A stretch of DNA of 64,000 nucleotides, taken from an uncultured Actinomycetes bacterium. GTDB lineage: Bacteria > Actinomycetota > Thermoleophilia > Gaiellales > JAICJC01. Position numbers and translations under genes: made by a program. This document shows, piece by piece, positions 44,893 through 53,585 of this stretch. The first letter of the stretch is position 1. Each line of letters begins with the position of its first letter. The notes under the pieces were generated by a model that ran no database searches, was not told where the DNA came from, and worked only from the letters and a program-made list of their open reading frames with translations. The stretch spans positions 248,896 to 312,895 of the forward strand of contig CAWEIS010000025.1 in NCBI GenBank assembly GCA_963809205.1, in the 5' to 3' direction.

Positions 44893-46377
44893 GTGATTGG
44901 CGAGCGCGCCACCGGCGAGACCAAGGGCCTCAAAGCCGGCGCGCTGGGATTCGTCTCGAACGTCGTCATCGGCGTCGCCTCCACTGCACCCGGGTACAGC
45001 CTGGCCGCGTCGCTCGGCCTGGTGGTCGCAGCCGTCGGGCTCCAGTCGCCGGCGATCATGCTGCTGGCATTCGTCCCGATGCTGCTGATCGCGGCGTCCT
45101 ACTACTACATGAACCGCGCCGACGCAGACGCGGGGACGACCTTCAGTTGGGTGACTCTCGCCATGGGGCCGTGGCTGGGCTGGCTGGGCGGCTGGGCCAT
45201 CGTCGTGGCGGACATCATCGTGATGGCCAACCTGTCGCAGATCGCCGGCATCTACACGTTCCTGCTGGTCGGCGCGGACAGCTACGCGGCCTCGACGTTC
45301 TGGGTGACGCTGGTCGGCGTGCTGTGGATCGTGATCATGACGGCGATCTGCTACATCGGCGTCGAGCTGTCGGCGAAGACCCAGTGGTACCTGCTGGCGG
45401 CGGAGATCATCACGCTGGCCGTGTTCGCCGTGGTTGCGCTGTGGAAGGTGTACGTGAACTCGCCTCCCGGCTCGGTCGACCCGTCGCTTTCATGGCTGAA
45501 CCCGTTCGAGATCCCCAGTACGAATGCGCTGGTGGCCGGGATTCTGGTGGCGGTGTTCATCTACTGGGGGTGGGACAGCACCGTCACCGTCAACGAGGAG
45601 TCGCACGATCCCAACCATGGGCCGGGGCTGGCGGCGATCGTCGCGACGCTGGTGCTGGTCGGCATCTACGTGATCGTGTCGATCGCTGCCCAGGCGTACG
45701 CCGGGCCCGACTACCTGGTCAAGAACTCGGATGACGTGCTCTCGGCGCTCGGCGGAAACGTGCTCGGCTCGCCGCTCGACAAGCTGCTGATCATCGCCGT
45801 GCTGACGTCGGCGTCGGCGTCCACTCAGACGACGATCCTGCCGACGACGCGCACCGTGCTGTCGATGGCGTACCACGGGGCCGCGCCGAAGAGGTTCGCG
45901 CGGATCCACCCGCAGCACCTGACGCCGTCGACGGCGACGATCTGGATGGGCGTCCTCTCGGTTGGCTGGTACGTCGGCCTGACGGTGCTGTCCGAGGACG
46001 TGCTGTTCGACTCGATCGCGTCGCTCGGCCTGATGATCGCCTTCTACTACGGGCTCACCGGGTACGCCTGCGCGATTTACTACCGCCACGAGCTGTTCAA
46101 GAGCGCGAAGAACCTGATCCTGATCGGCGTTGCGCCGGTGGTCGGCGGGATCATGCTGACCTACGTCTTCATCAAGTCGTGCATCGAGCTATCCGACCCG
46201 GCGAACTCCGAGTCCGGCAACTCCTGGCTGGGGCTCGGCCCGCCGCTGGTGATCGGCGGGTTCTTCCTCGTGCTGGGGGTCGTGCTGATGGTCGCCTGGT
46301 ACGCCAAGGCGCCTGCGTTCTTCCGGCGGCGGCCCGAGGTGGTCGATCCCGCCGTGCTGTCCGCCCGGGAGCCGTAA
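44893..46377 (+). CDS. APC superfamily amino acid/polyamine permease
   Basis: 494 aa, about 12 TM. FSWVTLAMGPWLGWLGGWAIVVADIIVMA and a GWDS-containing segment are typical of APC transporters. Confidence 0.88.
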   Translation: MIGERATGETKGLKAGALGFVSNVVIGVASTAPGYSLAASLGLVVAAVGLQSPAIMLLAFVPMLLIAASYYYMNRADADAGTTFSWVTLAMGPWLGWLGGWAIVVADIIVMANLSQIAGIYTFLLVGADSYAASTFWVTLVGVLWIVIMTAICYIGVELSAKTQWYLLAAEIITLAVFAVVALWKVYVNSPPGSVDPSLSWLNPFEIPSTNALVAGILVAVFIYWGWDSTVTVNEESHDPNHGPGLAAIVATLVLVGIYVIVSIAAQAYAGPDYLVKNSDDVLSALGGNVLGSPLDKLLIIAVLTSASASTQTTILPTTRTVLSMAYHGAAPKRFARIHPQHLTPSTATIWMGVLSVGWYVGLTVLSEDVLFDSIASLGLMIAFYYGLTGYACAIYYRHELFKSAKNLILIGVAPVVGGIMLTYVFIKSCIELSDPANSESGNSWLGLGPPLVIGGFFLVLGVVLMVAWYAKAPAFFRRRPEVVDPAVLSAREP

Positions 46378-46386
46378 GGTGCCCGG

Positions 46387-47223
46387 GTGCAGCTGCGCTC
46401 CCTGACGGCGTACCCGGAAATCGTCGTCGCCGGGGTGCGCCACGGGCTGTCCCACAACGTGACGTCGCTGGCCGCGGCGATCGCATACAACGCGTTCCTG
46501 GCCGTTCCCGCGTCGCTGATGGTGGCACTCGGCGTGTTCACCCTGGTCGAGCGGCCCGACGACGTCGGCACGCTGGTCGACAACTACGACGTGTTGCCGC
46601 CCGAGGCGCAGACGCTGATCACCGACACGCTGCAGCGGCTGGCGCAGTCGCAGGACGGCGGCCCGCTGGTGCTGGTCGGGCTCGTGGTGGCGCTGTGGTC
46701 GGTCTCTGGGGCGCTGACCACGATGATGTGGGCACTGACGATGGCGTCGCAGGGACGCCGCGACCGGCGCAGCTTCGTTCGTAAGCGCGTGGTCGCGCTG
46801 TCGCTGCTCGGATGCGTGCTGCTGGGCGCGGCGGCGCTGCTCGTCCTGCAGGTGTTCGGCCCGACCATCGCCCGCGAGACCGGCCATGACGTCGGTTTGC
46901 TGTTCAGCCTGCTCCGCTGGCCGCTGCTGGTGGCCGTGCTGTTCCTGGTGACAACGGCCGTGATGATGCTGGCGCCGGACGACGACGTCGAGCGCACGTG
47001 GAGCACCCTGCTGCCCGGCTCGGTGTTCACCGTGGTCGTCGGGCTCGTTGCCTCAGAAGGCTTTGCGATCTACGTCAGCAGGTTCGGCTCGTACAACAAG
47101 GCGTGGGGTTCGTTGTCAGGAGTGATCGTGCTGCTTGTCTGGCTGTGGTTGTCAGGATTAGCGATCCTGCTTGGGGGCGAGATCAACGCCGAGGCCGCGA
47201 GGCGCCGGGAGGCATCTCGCTGA
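46387..47223 (+). CDS. YihY/BrkB (virulence factor BrkB) family membrane protein
   Basis: LAAAIAYNAFLAVPASLM...YGSLSGVIVLLVWLWLSGLAILLGGEINAE is the YihY signature. Confidence 0.8.
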   Translation: MQLRSLTAYPEIVVAGVRHGLSHNVTSLAAAIAYNAFLAVPASLMVALGVFTLVERPDDVGTLVDNYDVLPPEAQTLITDTLQRLAQSQDGGPLVLVGLVVALWSVSGALTTMMWALTMASQGRRDRRSFVRKRVVALSLLGCVLLGAAALLVLQVFGPTIARETGHDVGLLFSLLRWPLLVAVLFLVTTAVMMLAPDDDVERTWSTLLPGSVFTVVVGLVASEGFAIYVSRFGSYNKAWGSLSGVIVLLVWLWLSGLAILLGGEINAEAARRREASR

Positions 47224-47588
47224 CCGGGCGCGCCGCGGCGGCCGCAGCGTGTCTCGCCGTCGCCCTGGCCGGCTGCGGGTCGGGCGGATCGGGCTCGGCT
47301 GCGAGCAGCGACCTCCTGTCGGCGGCGCCGCTGACGCCGGCCGAGCTGGCGGCCGGCCGGCAGATCTTCCGGGATCGCTGCGCGCGCTGCCACACGCTGG
47401 CCGACGCCGGCGCTCACGGCACCCGCGGCCCGAACCTCGACGAGATTCGCCTGCCGGCGTTCGCCGTCTCGCAGCAGATCAGGCTCGGCGGCGGCGGGAT
47501 GCCGGCGTATGCACGTCGGCTGACGGACGAGCAGATCCGCCGGGTGGCCGGCTACGTGGTGGCCAGCCGGGCGGTCGGCGCGGGTTAG
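47220..47588 (+). CDS. c-type cytochrome lipoprotein (start tentatively CTG 47220)
   Basis: Heme motif CARCH and distal GGGMPAY. Signal and lipobox AAAACLAVALAGC. SD GGGAGG (47207-47212) lies 7 nt upstream of a CTG that overlaps the yihY TGA. Confidence 0.7.
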   Translation: MTGRAAAAAACLAVALAGCGSGGSGSAASSDLLSAAPLTPAELAAGRQIFRDRCARCHTLADAGAHGTRGPNLDEIRLPAFAVSQQIRLGGGGMPAYARRLTDEQIRRVAGYVVASRAVGAG

Positions 47589-48523
47589 GCCGCGCGCCGC
47601 AGCCGCTTCTCGCGGTACATCTCCTGGTCGGCGTGCCGCAGCAGGTCGTCCGCGGACATGCCTTCAGCCGGGTACACGGCGACGCCGACGCTGGCGCCCG
47701 GGACGACGTGCGCACCGCCGATCGCCGCCGGCATCGACATCGTCGCGCGGATCCGGTCGGCGAGAGCCAGTGCCGAGCTGCGCGCCTCGCCCAGGCCGTG
47801 TGCGCGGCCGGTGAGGATCAGGAATTCGTCGCCGCCCAGCCTGCTGACGACGTCCGCGTCGCGCGTGATCGACCGCAGCCGTGAGGCCGCCTCGCGCAGC
47901 AGCTCGTCACCGGCCGCGTGGCCGTGGCGGTCGTTGACCGCCTTGAAGTCGTCGAGGTCGACGAACAGCACCGCGAACGAGGTGCACTCGCGCGCCGACC
48001 GAGCCAGCTCCTTGGTCAGGTGCTCGTCGAACAGCAGCCGGTTCGCCAGGTCGGTCAGCGGGTCATGGTACGCGAGCTCACGCAGCTTGTCGCGAGCGCG
48101 TGCCAGCTCCTCCTCGGCCTTCCGCCGCTCGGTGATGTCGGTGACGATGCCGTCGACCAGCAGCCGGCCGTCGACCCGCCGCGGCGTGCAGCGCTCCCAG
48201 ACCCACCGGGTGACGCCGTCGAACCCGACCAGGCGGTACTCGAGCTCGGTCGAGACGCCGTCGTGCAGGAGCAGCGCGGTGTCGTCATAGTGCTGCCGGT
48301 CCTCGGGGTGGATGCAGGTCTCCCACGCCAGCTCCTCGTCCATCCCCTCGGGGACGCCGCCCAGCAGCGTGTCCAGCGCGGTGCCGATCCAGACGTTGCA
48401 GCGGTACGCCTGCTCGTCGAGAAACTCGAACTCGTAGACGTGCACGCCGGCGGAGCCCGCTACGCGGCGGACCAGATCGGCGACGGACAGCGCCTCGGTG
48501 ATCTCGGGGTCGTGCGAGGACAT
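47585..48523 (-). CDS. PAS-GGDEF diguanylate cyclase
   Basis: DPLTDLANRLLF...VDLDDFKAVNDRHGHAAGD...RLGGDEFLIL preceded by a PAS-like region. The upstream in-frame GTG 48652 is also possible. Confidence 0.8.
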   Translation of the reverse strand: MSSHDPEITEALSVADLVRRVAGSAGVHVYEFEFLDEQAYRCNVWIGTALDTLLGGVPEGMDEELAWETCIHPEDRQHYDDTALLLHDGVSTELEYRLVGFDGVTRWVWERCTPRRVDGRLLVDGIVTDITERRKAEEELARARDKLRELAYHDPLTDLANRLLFDEHLTKELARSARECTSFAVLFVDLDDFKAVNDRHGHAAGDELLREAASRLRSITRDADVVSRLGGDEFLILTGRAHGLGEARSSALALADRIRATMSMPAAIGGAHVVPGASVGVAVYPAEGMSADDLLRHADQEMYREKRLRRAA

Positions 48524-48629
48524 CGCGCTTGCAAGAGGTATCGACCTCGCGCGGGCTTCCCATGAGGCTCCGGGTGGCACATTGCGACCGCGCGGGCGCT
48601 CTCTATCGCTGGTGGCCGTCGCGCTCGGC

Positions 48630-48713
48630 GAGCCAGGCTCCGAGCCAGGCACCGGCCTGGACTCTCAATGCCTCTCGGTGCAACGTCGACGTGCCAGGCA
48701 CGGAGCCAGGCAC
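48630..48713. repeat. four copies of G(A/T)GCCAGGC(A/T)C in two pairs
   Basis: GAGCCAGGCTC 48630, GAGCCAGGCAC 48642, GTGCCAGGCAC 48691 (perfect palindrome), GAGCCAGGCAC 48703. Confidence 0.45.
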
Positions 48714-48723
48714 GCGGCTGTCG

Positions 48724-49791
48724 TCAGCCGCCGCCGTAGATCGAGATCGGCAGGTCGAGCATGCGGTCGCTGTCGCTGTCGGGCAGCAGCGCCATCTCGG
48801 CCTCCGCGCGCGCGAGCAGCGGCGCCGCCTCGGGGCACGCCTCGAGCAGGATCGCCTCCGCCAGCTCGACGCTCGGCGCCTGCGTCAGCAGCGCTCGCAG
48901 CTCCCGGGCGCCGTCGACGCCGCGCAGGTACCACCCGTAGAACTTGCGGAGGAACCCGACGGCGCGCTCCTCGCCCATCTCGCGCACGACCTCGCGCATG
49001 AACCGGACGAGCTCGGCGACCACCTCGTCGCGGTCGGCGTCCGCGCTGCCCGCGCCGGCCATCTCGCGCAGCGCCCACGGCCGGCCCTGCGCGCCGCGGC
49101 CGACCATCACGGCGGCGGCGCCGGTGTCGGTGAGCACTCGCTCGGCCGTCTCCCGGTCGGCGATGTCGCCGGAGGCGATGACGGGCACGGAGACCACGTC
49201 GACCAGCTCGGCGGTCAGCGTGTGGTCGGCGAACCCCGTGTACATCTGCTGGGCTGAGCGGGGATGGAGCGTCAGCGCGGCGACGCCCAGATCCTCGAGC
49301 CGCGGTCCCAGGTCGAGCGCGGCCCTCGAGCCGTTCTTCAGCCCGCGGCGCATCTTCACCGTGACCGGAACGTCGACCGCCTCGACCACGGCGCCGGCGA
49401 TCCGGCAGGCCAGCTCGTGATCCTCGAGGGCGCTCGCGCCGGCGCCAGTCTTGGTCACCTTGCGCACCGGGCACCCCATGTTGATGTCGACGATGTCCGC
49501 GCCGGCGTCCACGACCATCCCGGCGGCCTCGGCCATCCGCTCCGCCTCGGATCCGAAGATCTGCACGGCGAGGGGATGCTCGTCACGGGCGATCCGCAGG
49601 TAGCCGAGCGTGCGCTCGTTGCCGTACGAGAGCCCGCACGACGACACCATCTCGCTGCACACGAGGCCGGCGCCGTAGCGACGGCCCTGCCGCCGGAACG
49701 CCTGCACCGACACTCCGGCCATCGGCGCCAGCACGATCCGCGACGGAATCTCGACTTCGCCGATGTGCCACGCTGCGGTGAGTTTGGTCAT
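48724..49791 (-). CDS. dus: tRNA-dihydrouridine synthase
   Basis: VLAPMAGVS...VDINMGCPVRKV...VTVKMRRG...VIASGDI. Confidence 0.9.
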   Translation of the reverse strand: MTKLTAAWHIGEVEIPSRIVLAPMAGVSVQAFRRQGRRYGAGLVCSEMVSSCGLSYGNERTLGYLRIARDEHPLAVQIFGSEAERMAEAAGMVVDAGADIVDINMGCPVRKVTKTGAGASALEDHELACRIAGAVVEAVDVPVTVKMRRGLKNGSRAALDLGPRLEDLGVAALTLHPRSAQQMYTGFADHTLTAELVDVVSVPVIASGDIADRETAERVLTDTGAAAVMVGRGAQGRPWALREMAGAGSADADRDEVVAELVRFMREVVREMGEERAVGFLRKFYGWYLRGVDGARELRALLTQAPSVELAEAILLEACPEAAPLLARAEAEMALLPDSDSDRMLDLPISIYGGG

Positions 49792-49984
49792 CGGATCCAC
49801 AGGGTAGCCTGGGCTCAAGCGTGCGTCGCTCCCGCCGATAACGCATCGGCATTTGACCGTACGTTGGCATGCGGATACAATCCCGCGTCCCACGGTGTCA
49901 GCCGAGACATGAATCGCCTGGAAATCGGCGGTTTGGCGGCGACACCGTTCGTTTTGTCCGATGTGAACCAGGCAGGGATCCGCG

Positions 49985-50461
49985 ATGGAGAAGGACGTCA
50001 TTCTCACCCGTGCGGGCTACGAGAAGCTCAAGGAGCAGATCGACGAGCTCGAGACCGTCAAGCGCCGCGAAGTGGCGGACCGAATCCGCGAGGCGCGGGA
50101 GTTCGGTGACATTTCCGAGAACTCGGAGTACGACGACGCGAAGAACGAGCAGGCGTTGCTCGAGGCGCGGATCGCCCGGCTCAAGGAGCAGCTCCGCTCT
50201 GCACGTGTGATCGACACAGCCGACGTCGGCACCGACGTCGTCAGCGTTGGCACCAAGGTCAAGGTCAAGTACGTCGACGGCGGCGAGAGCGAGGAGTACG
50301 AGATCGTGGGATCGGCGGAGGCCGACCCCGCGGCGAACAAGCTCTCGAACGAGTCGCCCGTCGGCCGCGCGGTGCTCGGCCACAAGAAGGGCGAGACCGT
50401 CGAGGTCGCCGCCCCGGCCGGCGTCATCAAGCTGAAGATCATCTCGATCAAAGCGGCCTGA
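49985..50461 (+). CDS. greA: transcription elongation factor GreA
   Basis: LTRAGYEKLKEQIDELETVKRREVADRIREAREFGDISENSEYDDAKNEQ; 158 aa. Confidence 0.95.
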   Translation: MEKDVILTRAGYEKLKEQIDELETVKRREVADRIREAREFGDISENSEYDDAKNEQALLEARIARLKEQLRSARVIDTADVGTDVVSVGTKVKVKYVDGGESEEYEIVGSAEADPAANKLSNESPVGRAVLGHKKGETVEVAAPAGVIKLKIISIKAA

Positions 50462-50478
50462 CGTACACTCCTCCCTCG

Positions 50479-51945
50479 ATGTCCGAGGGGGAGCGAACCG
50501 ACACCGAGGCCGAGATCCGGGCCGCCCGGCTGGCGAAGGTGGACCGGCTCAGACAACGCGGGGACGACCCGTACCCCGCTGACTTTCCCGGCCGCGTCGA
50601 CGTCGTCTCCGTGCGCAACCGGTTCGGAGAGCTGGAGGCCGGCGCGGAGACCGGCGAGGTCGTACGGCTGGGCGGCCGCATCACCGGCCGGCGCGGTTTC
50701 GGCAAGGCGATGTTCCTCGACCTGGGCGACCGCAGCGGCAGGATCCAGCTGCACGCCACCGCCGACGGGACGACCGGCTTCGACGAGCTCTCCGAGGAGC
50801 TCGACCTGGGTGACATCCTGGGCGTCGACGGCGAGGTGTTCTGTTCGCGTCGCGGCGAGCTGTCGGTGCGCCTGTCCGAGTGGACGCTGCTGGCGAAATG
50901 CCTGCGGCCGCTGCCCGAGAAGTGGCACGGGCTGAAGGACACCGAGCAGCGCTACCGGATGCGCTACCTCGACCTGTTGTCCAGCGAGGAGGCACGGGCG
51001 GTCGCGATCGCCCGCTCCCGCGCGATCGCCGCGATCCGCCGCCAGCTCGACGACCGCGGGTTCCTCGAGGTCGAGACTCCGGTGCTGCAGCCGATCTACG
51101 GCGGCGCGCTTTCGCAGCCGTTCACGACTCACTACAACGCGCTGGACGCGACCTTCTACCTGCGGATCGCCACCGAGCTGTACCTCAAGCGGCTGATCGT
51201 CGGCGGCCTCGACCGCGTCTATGAGATCGGCAAGGACTTCCGCAACGAGGGCACGAGCTTCAAGCACAGCCCCGAGTTCACGATGATCGAGTGGTACCAG
51301 GCCTACGCCGGGTACCGCGACGGCATGGAGCTGACCGAGCAGCTGGTGGCGGCGGCGGCCGAGGCGGCCGGCTCTGACGCCGACGTCGCCCCTCCCTGGC
51401 CGCGCCGGCCGCTGCGCGACGCGATCACCGACGGGGCCGGTATCGATCCGATGGCCGACCGCGACCCCGAACGGCTGAAGAGCTTCATGCGCGAGCGCGG
51501 CGTCGACGAGTCGCAGGATCACACCTGGGCGCAGTGCGTCGACCACCTGCTTTCGCACTTCGTCGAGCCCGGGATCACGTCGCCGACGTTCCTGGTCGAC
51601 TACCCGGTCGAGCTGTCGCCGTTCGCCAAGCGCTCGCCGAGCGCCCCCGAGCTGGTCGAGCGGTTCGAGGTGTTCTGGGGCGGCATGGAGTTCGGCAACG
51701 GCTACAGCGAGATCAACGACCCGCTCGACCAGCGGGCGAGGTTCGAGGAGTCGGTCGCCGCCCACGCCGCCGGCGATCGGGAGACGCAGCCGATGGACGA
51801 GGACTACCTGACGGCGCTGGAGTACGGGATGCCGCCGACCTGCGGCGTCGGCCTGGGCATCGACCGGCTACTGATGCTGGTCACGGCCAGCCCGAACGTG
51901 CGCGACGTGATCCTGTTCCCGGCCCTGCGCGAGCGACGAGACTGA
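50479..51945 (+). CDS. lysS: lysine--tRNA ligase (class II)
   Basis: OB-fold N-domain plus class II motifs ([32 protein letters not shown]). Confidence 0.95.
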   Translation: MSEGERTDTEAEIRAARLAKVDRLRQRGDDPYPADFPGRVDVVSVRNRFGELEAGAETGEVVRLGGRITGRRGFGKAMFLDLGDRSGRIQLHATADGTTGFDELSEELDLGDILGVDGEVFCSRRGELSVRLSEWTLLAKCLRPLPEKWHGLKDTEQRYRMRYLDLLSSEEARAVAIARSRAIAAIRRQLDDRGFLEVETPVLQPIYGGALSQPFTTHYNALDATFYLRIATELYLKRLIVGGLDRVYEIGKDFRNEGTSFKHSPEFTMIEWYQAYAGYRDGMELTEQLVAAAAEAAGSDADVAPPWPRRPLRDAITDGAGIDPMADRDPERLKSFMRERGVDESQDHTWAQCVDHLLSHFVEPGITSPTFLVDYPVELSPFAKRSPSAPELVERFEVFWGGMEFGNGYSEINDPLDQRARFEESVAAHAAGDRETQPMDEDYLTALEYGMPPTCGVGLGIDRLLMLVTASPNVRDVILFPALRERRD

Positions 51946-52544
51946 TGGGCAAGATCTTCGAGGGCATCGACGGGAAGCTGGCCGAGTGGATCAGCCGCCA
52001 GCGGATGTTCTTCGTCGGCACCGCGCCGGCCGGCGATGGGCACGTCAACGTGTCGCCCAAGGGGCCGATCGAGTCGCTGCGCATCCTCGCGCCGACCCGC
52101 GTCGCCTACTTGGACGTGATCGGATCGGGCGCGGAGACGATCGCGCACCTGCGGGAGAACGGGCGGATCTGCATGATGCTGTGCGCCTTCGACGGGCCTC
52201 CGCGGATCGTCCGCCTCCACGGGCAGGGCACGGTGCTGCTGCCGGCGGACGACGGGTACGCCGAGTTGTACGGCGGCTTCGCCGTCCCCCGGTCGTTCGC
52301 GGTCGATCCCGGCGCCCGCTCGGTGATCACCGTCGAGGTCGACCGGGTCGCCGACTCGTGCGGCTACGGCGTCCCGCTGATGACGTACGAGGGCCAGCGT
52401 CCCCAGCAGGTGGCGTGGGTCGAGCGGAAGCTGCGCCAGGACGGCACGGCCGCGCTCGACCGCTACGTCGCCGAGAAGAACGCGCGCTCGATCGACGGGC
52501 TGCCGGCGATCGACCCGGCGGATGCTGTGCGTCCGGTCACTTGA
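51945..52544 (+). CDS. pyridoxamine 5'-phosphate oxidase family (FMN-binding split-barrel) protein
   Basis: RMFFVGTAPAGDGHVNVSPKG...ENGRICMMLCAFDGPPRIVRLHG. The ATG overlaps the lysS stop (TGATG). Confidence 0.8.
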   Translation: MGKIFEGIDGKLAEWISRQRMFFVGTAPAGDGHVNVSPKGPIESLRILAPTRVAYLDVIGSGAETIAHLRENGRICMMLCAFDGPPRIVRLHGQGTVLLPADDGYAELYGGFAVPRSFAVDPGARSVITVEVDRVADSCGYGVPLMTYEGQRPQQVAWVERKLRQDGTAALDRYVAEKNARSIDGLPAIDPADAVRPVT

Positions 52545-53088
52545 CGGTACCGGCGGCCGCCGACCACGACGCCCGTGTTCCACAGCCTGCCGCCGAAGCT
52601 GGTCGGTGGTCGTGTGGCCGCCGGTCTGGAAGTAACGGTCGCCGGCGTGAACGTGAGGACACTCGACCTACGTTGAGACCGATGGCGCTGGTCGCTGCCT
52701 CCGTGCTCGCCGGTCGCCGAACCCGCCCTTGCCCGCGGTGCGACTTCACCCGGGCGTTCGCGGTTGCCGGGACGTATCCGTACCTGTGCACCTCGCATCA
52801 GGCGTTCGGGATGTAGGGCACCGTGCAGGTGCCGGTGACGGTCTCCGCGAAGACCGGCACCCCGAGTTCACCATCACCTGGGCCACGGCGGCGGTCCCGT
52901 CCGGCTACGCGGTCGACGTCCAGCGCAAGGGCCCGGCCGGCGCGTACTCCACCATCCTCACGCACACCACCACCCTGTCGGCGACGCAGACGCTGGCCCG
53001 CGGCGCGTACAGCTACCGGGCGCGGCTGGTCCGGCTCTCCGGCGGCGCGACGAAGTTCTCGCCGGCCGCCACGATCACCGTCAGCTGA
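52545..53088 (+). pseudogene. cupredoxin (plastocyanin-like) plus Ig/Fn3-like domain gene remnant: several frame changes, in-frame TAG, no N-terminal signal sequence
   Basis: The type-1 copper motif FTRAFAVAGTYPYLCTSHQAFGM is followed by TAG (52814-16), then GTVQVPVTVSAKTG in the same frame. PEFTITWATAAVPSGYAVDVQRKG...ATITVS* follows in another frame. The upstream parts are scrambled over three frames. Confidence 0.55.
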
Positions 53089-53326
53089 TCTCGACGACGC
53101 GGACGGCCTCGTCCTCGCCGGGGAAGGCGTAGAGGCCGTGCTCCGGGTCGAACGCCGGCGTCTCGACGCCGCCCGGCGGATCCTCCTCGGCCGTCAGCGC
53201 CGTCGCGGCTGCGTCAAGGGGGTCGTGGGCGTCCAGCTCGTCGACCTGCCCGGTCGGGGCGTACCCGTAGCCCTGCGCCGAATCAGGCGCCTCGTAGGCC
53301 CGGTAATGCTCGATCCGGAACCGCAT
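53081..53326 (-). CDS. hypothetical small acidic protein
   Basis: 81-aa ORF from an internal ATG (MRFRIEHYRAYEAPDSAQGYGY...). No family recognised. Confidence 0.3.
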   Translation of the reverse strand: MRFRIEHYRAYEAPDSAQGYGYAPTGQVDELDAHDPLDAAATALTAEEDPPGGVETPAFDPEHGLYAFPGEDEAVRVVEIS

Positions 53327-53585
53327 GGGCCGAATCGTCGTCGATCCGGCGGCCGATTGCCAGCGGATACCCCTCAAGTGGCCGCCCCGAACGGCCGAAT
53401 AGGTGCCCAGCGCTGAGCGCGCGGAAAGGAGCCGCACCGGACCGGGTGGTATACTGCCGTCGGTTCAATTCCCAACACCGGAACGTCATTTCGCCCAATT
53501 TGCGGACGACTTGACGGGCCGGTTCGACGTGTTTCACGAATCAGACTATACCGAGCAGCGCGAGACTGAACGAAAGGGCACGAGG

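Noticed and set aside
48688-48713. Sigma-54-like TGGCAC...TTGCA on the - strand (TGGCACGTCGACGTTGCA), and TGGCACG at 2277
   Set aside because: The GG-to-GC spacing is 14 nt instead of the obligatory 12. No enhancer-binding protein is present nearby, and Actinobacteria are not known to use sigma-54.
31204-48713. CRISPR-like interpretation of the short tandem repeats
   Set aside because: The units are 11-12 nt with no unique spacers, there are only 4 copies each, and there are no cas genes. These are not CRISPR arrays.
52814-52816. In-frame TAG as a possible pyrrolysine codon, given that an MttB-family gene is in the window
   Set aside because: The MttB homolog itself has no amber codon, no pylTSBCD genes are present in the window, and the TAG sits in a gene that also has several frameshifts. 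A plain nonsense mutation is the simpler reading.
53438-53585. ClgR- or CtsR-type operator in the clpC leader (TTCGCCCAATTTGCGGA)
   Set aside because: CGC-N7-GCG does not match the CGC-N5-GCG spacing I recall for ClgR sites, and there is no CtsR-like GGTCAAA repeat. Promoter assignment here is ambiguous (TATACT at 53449 and TATACC at 53548), so I made no call.
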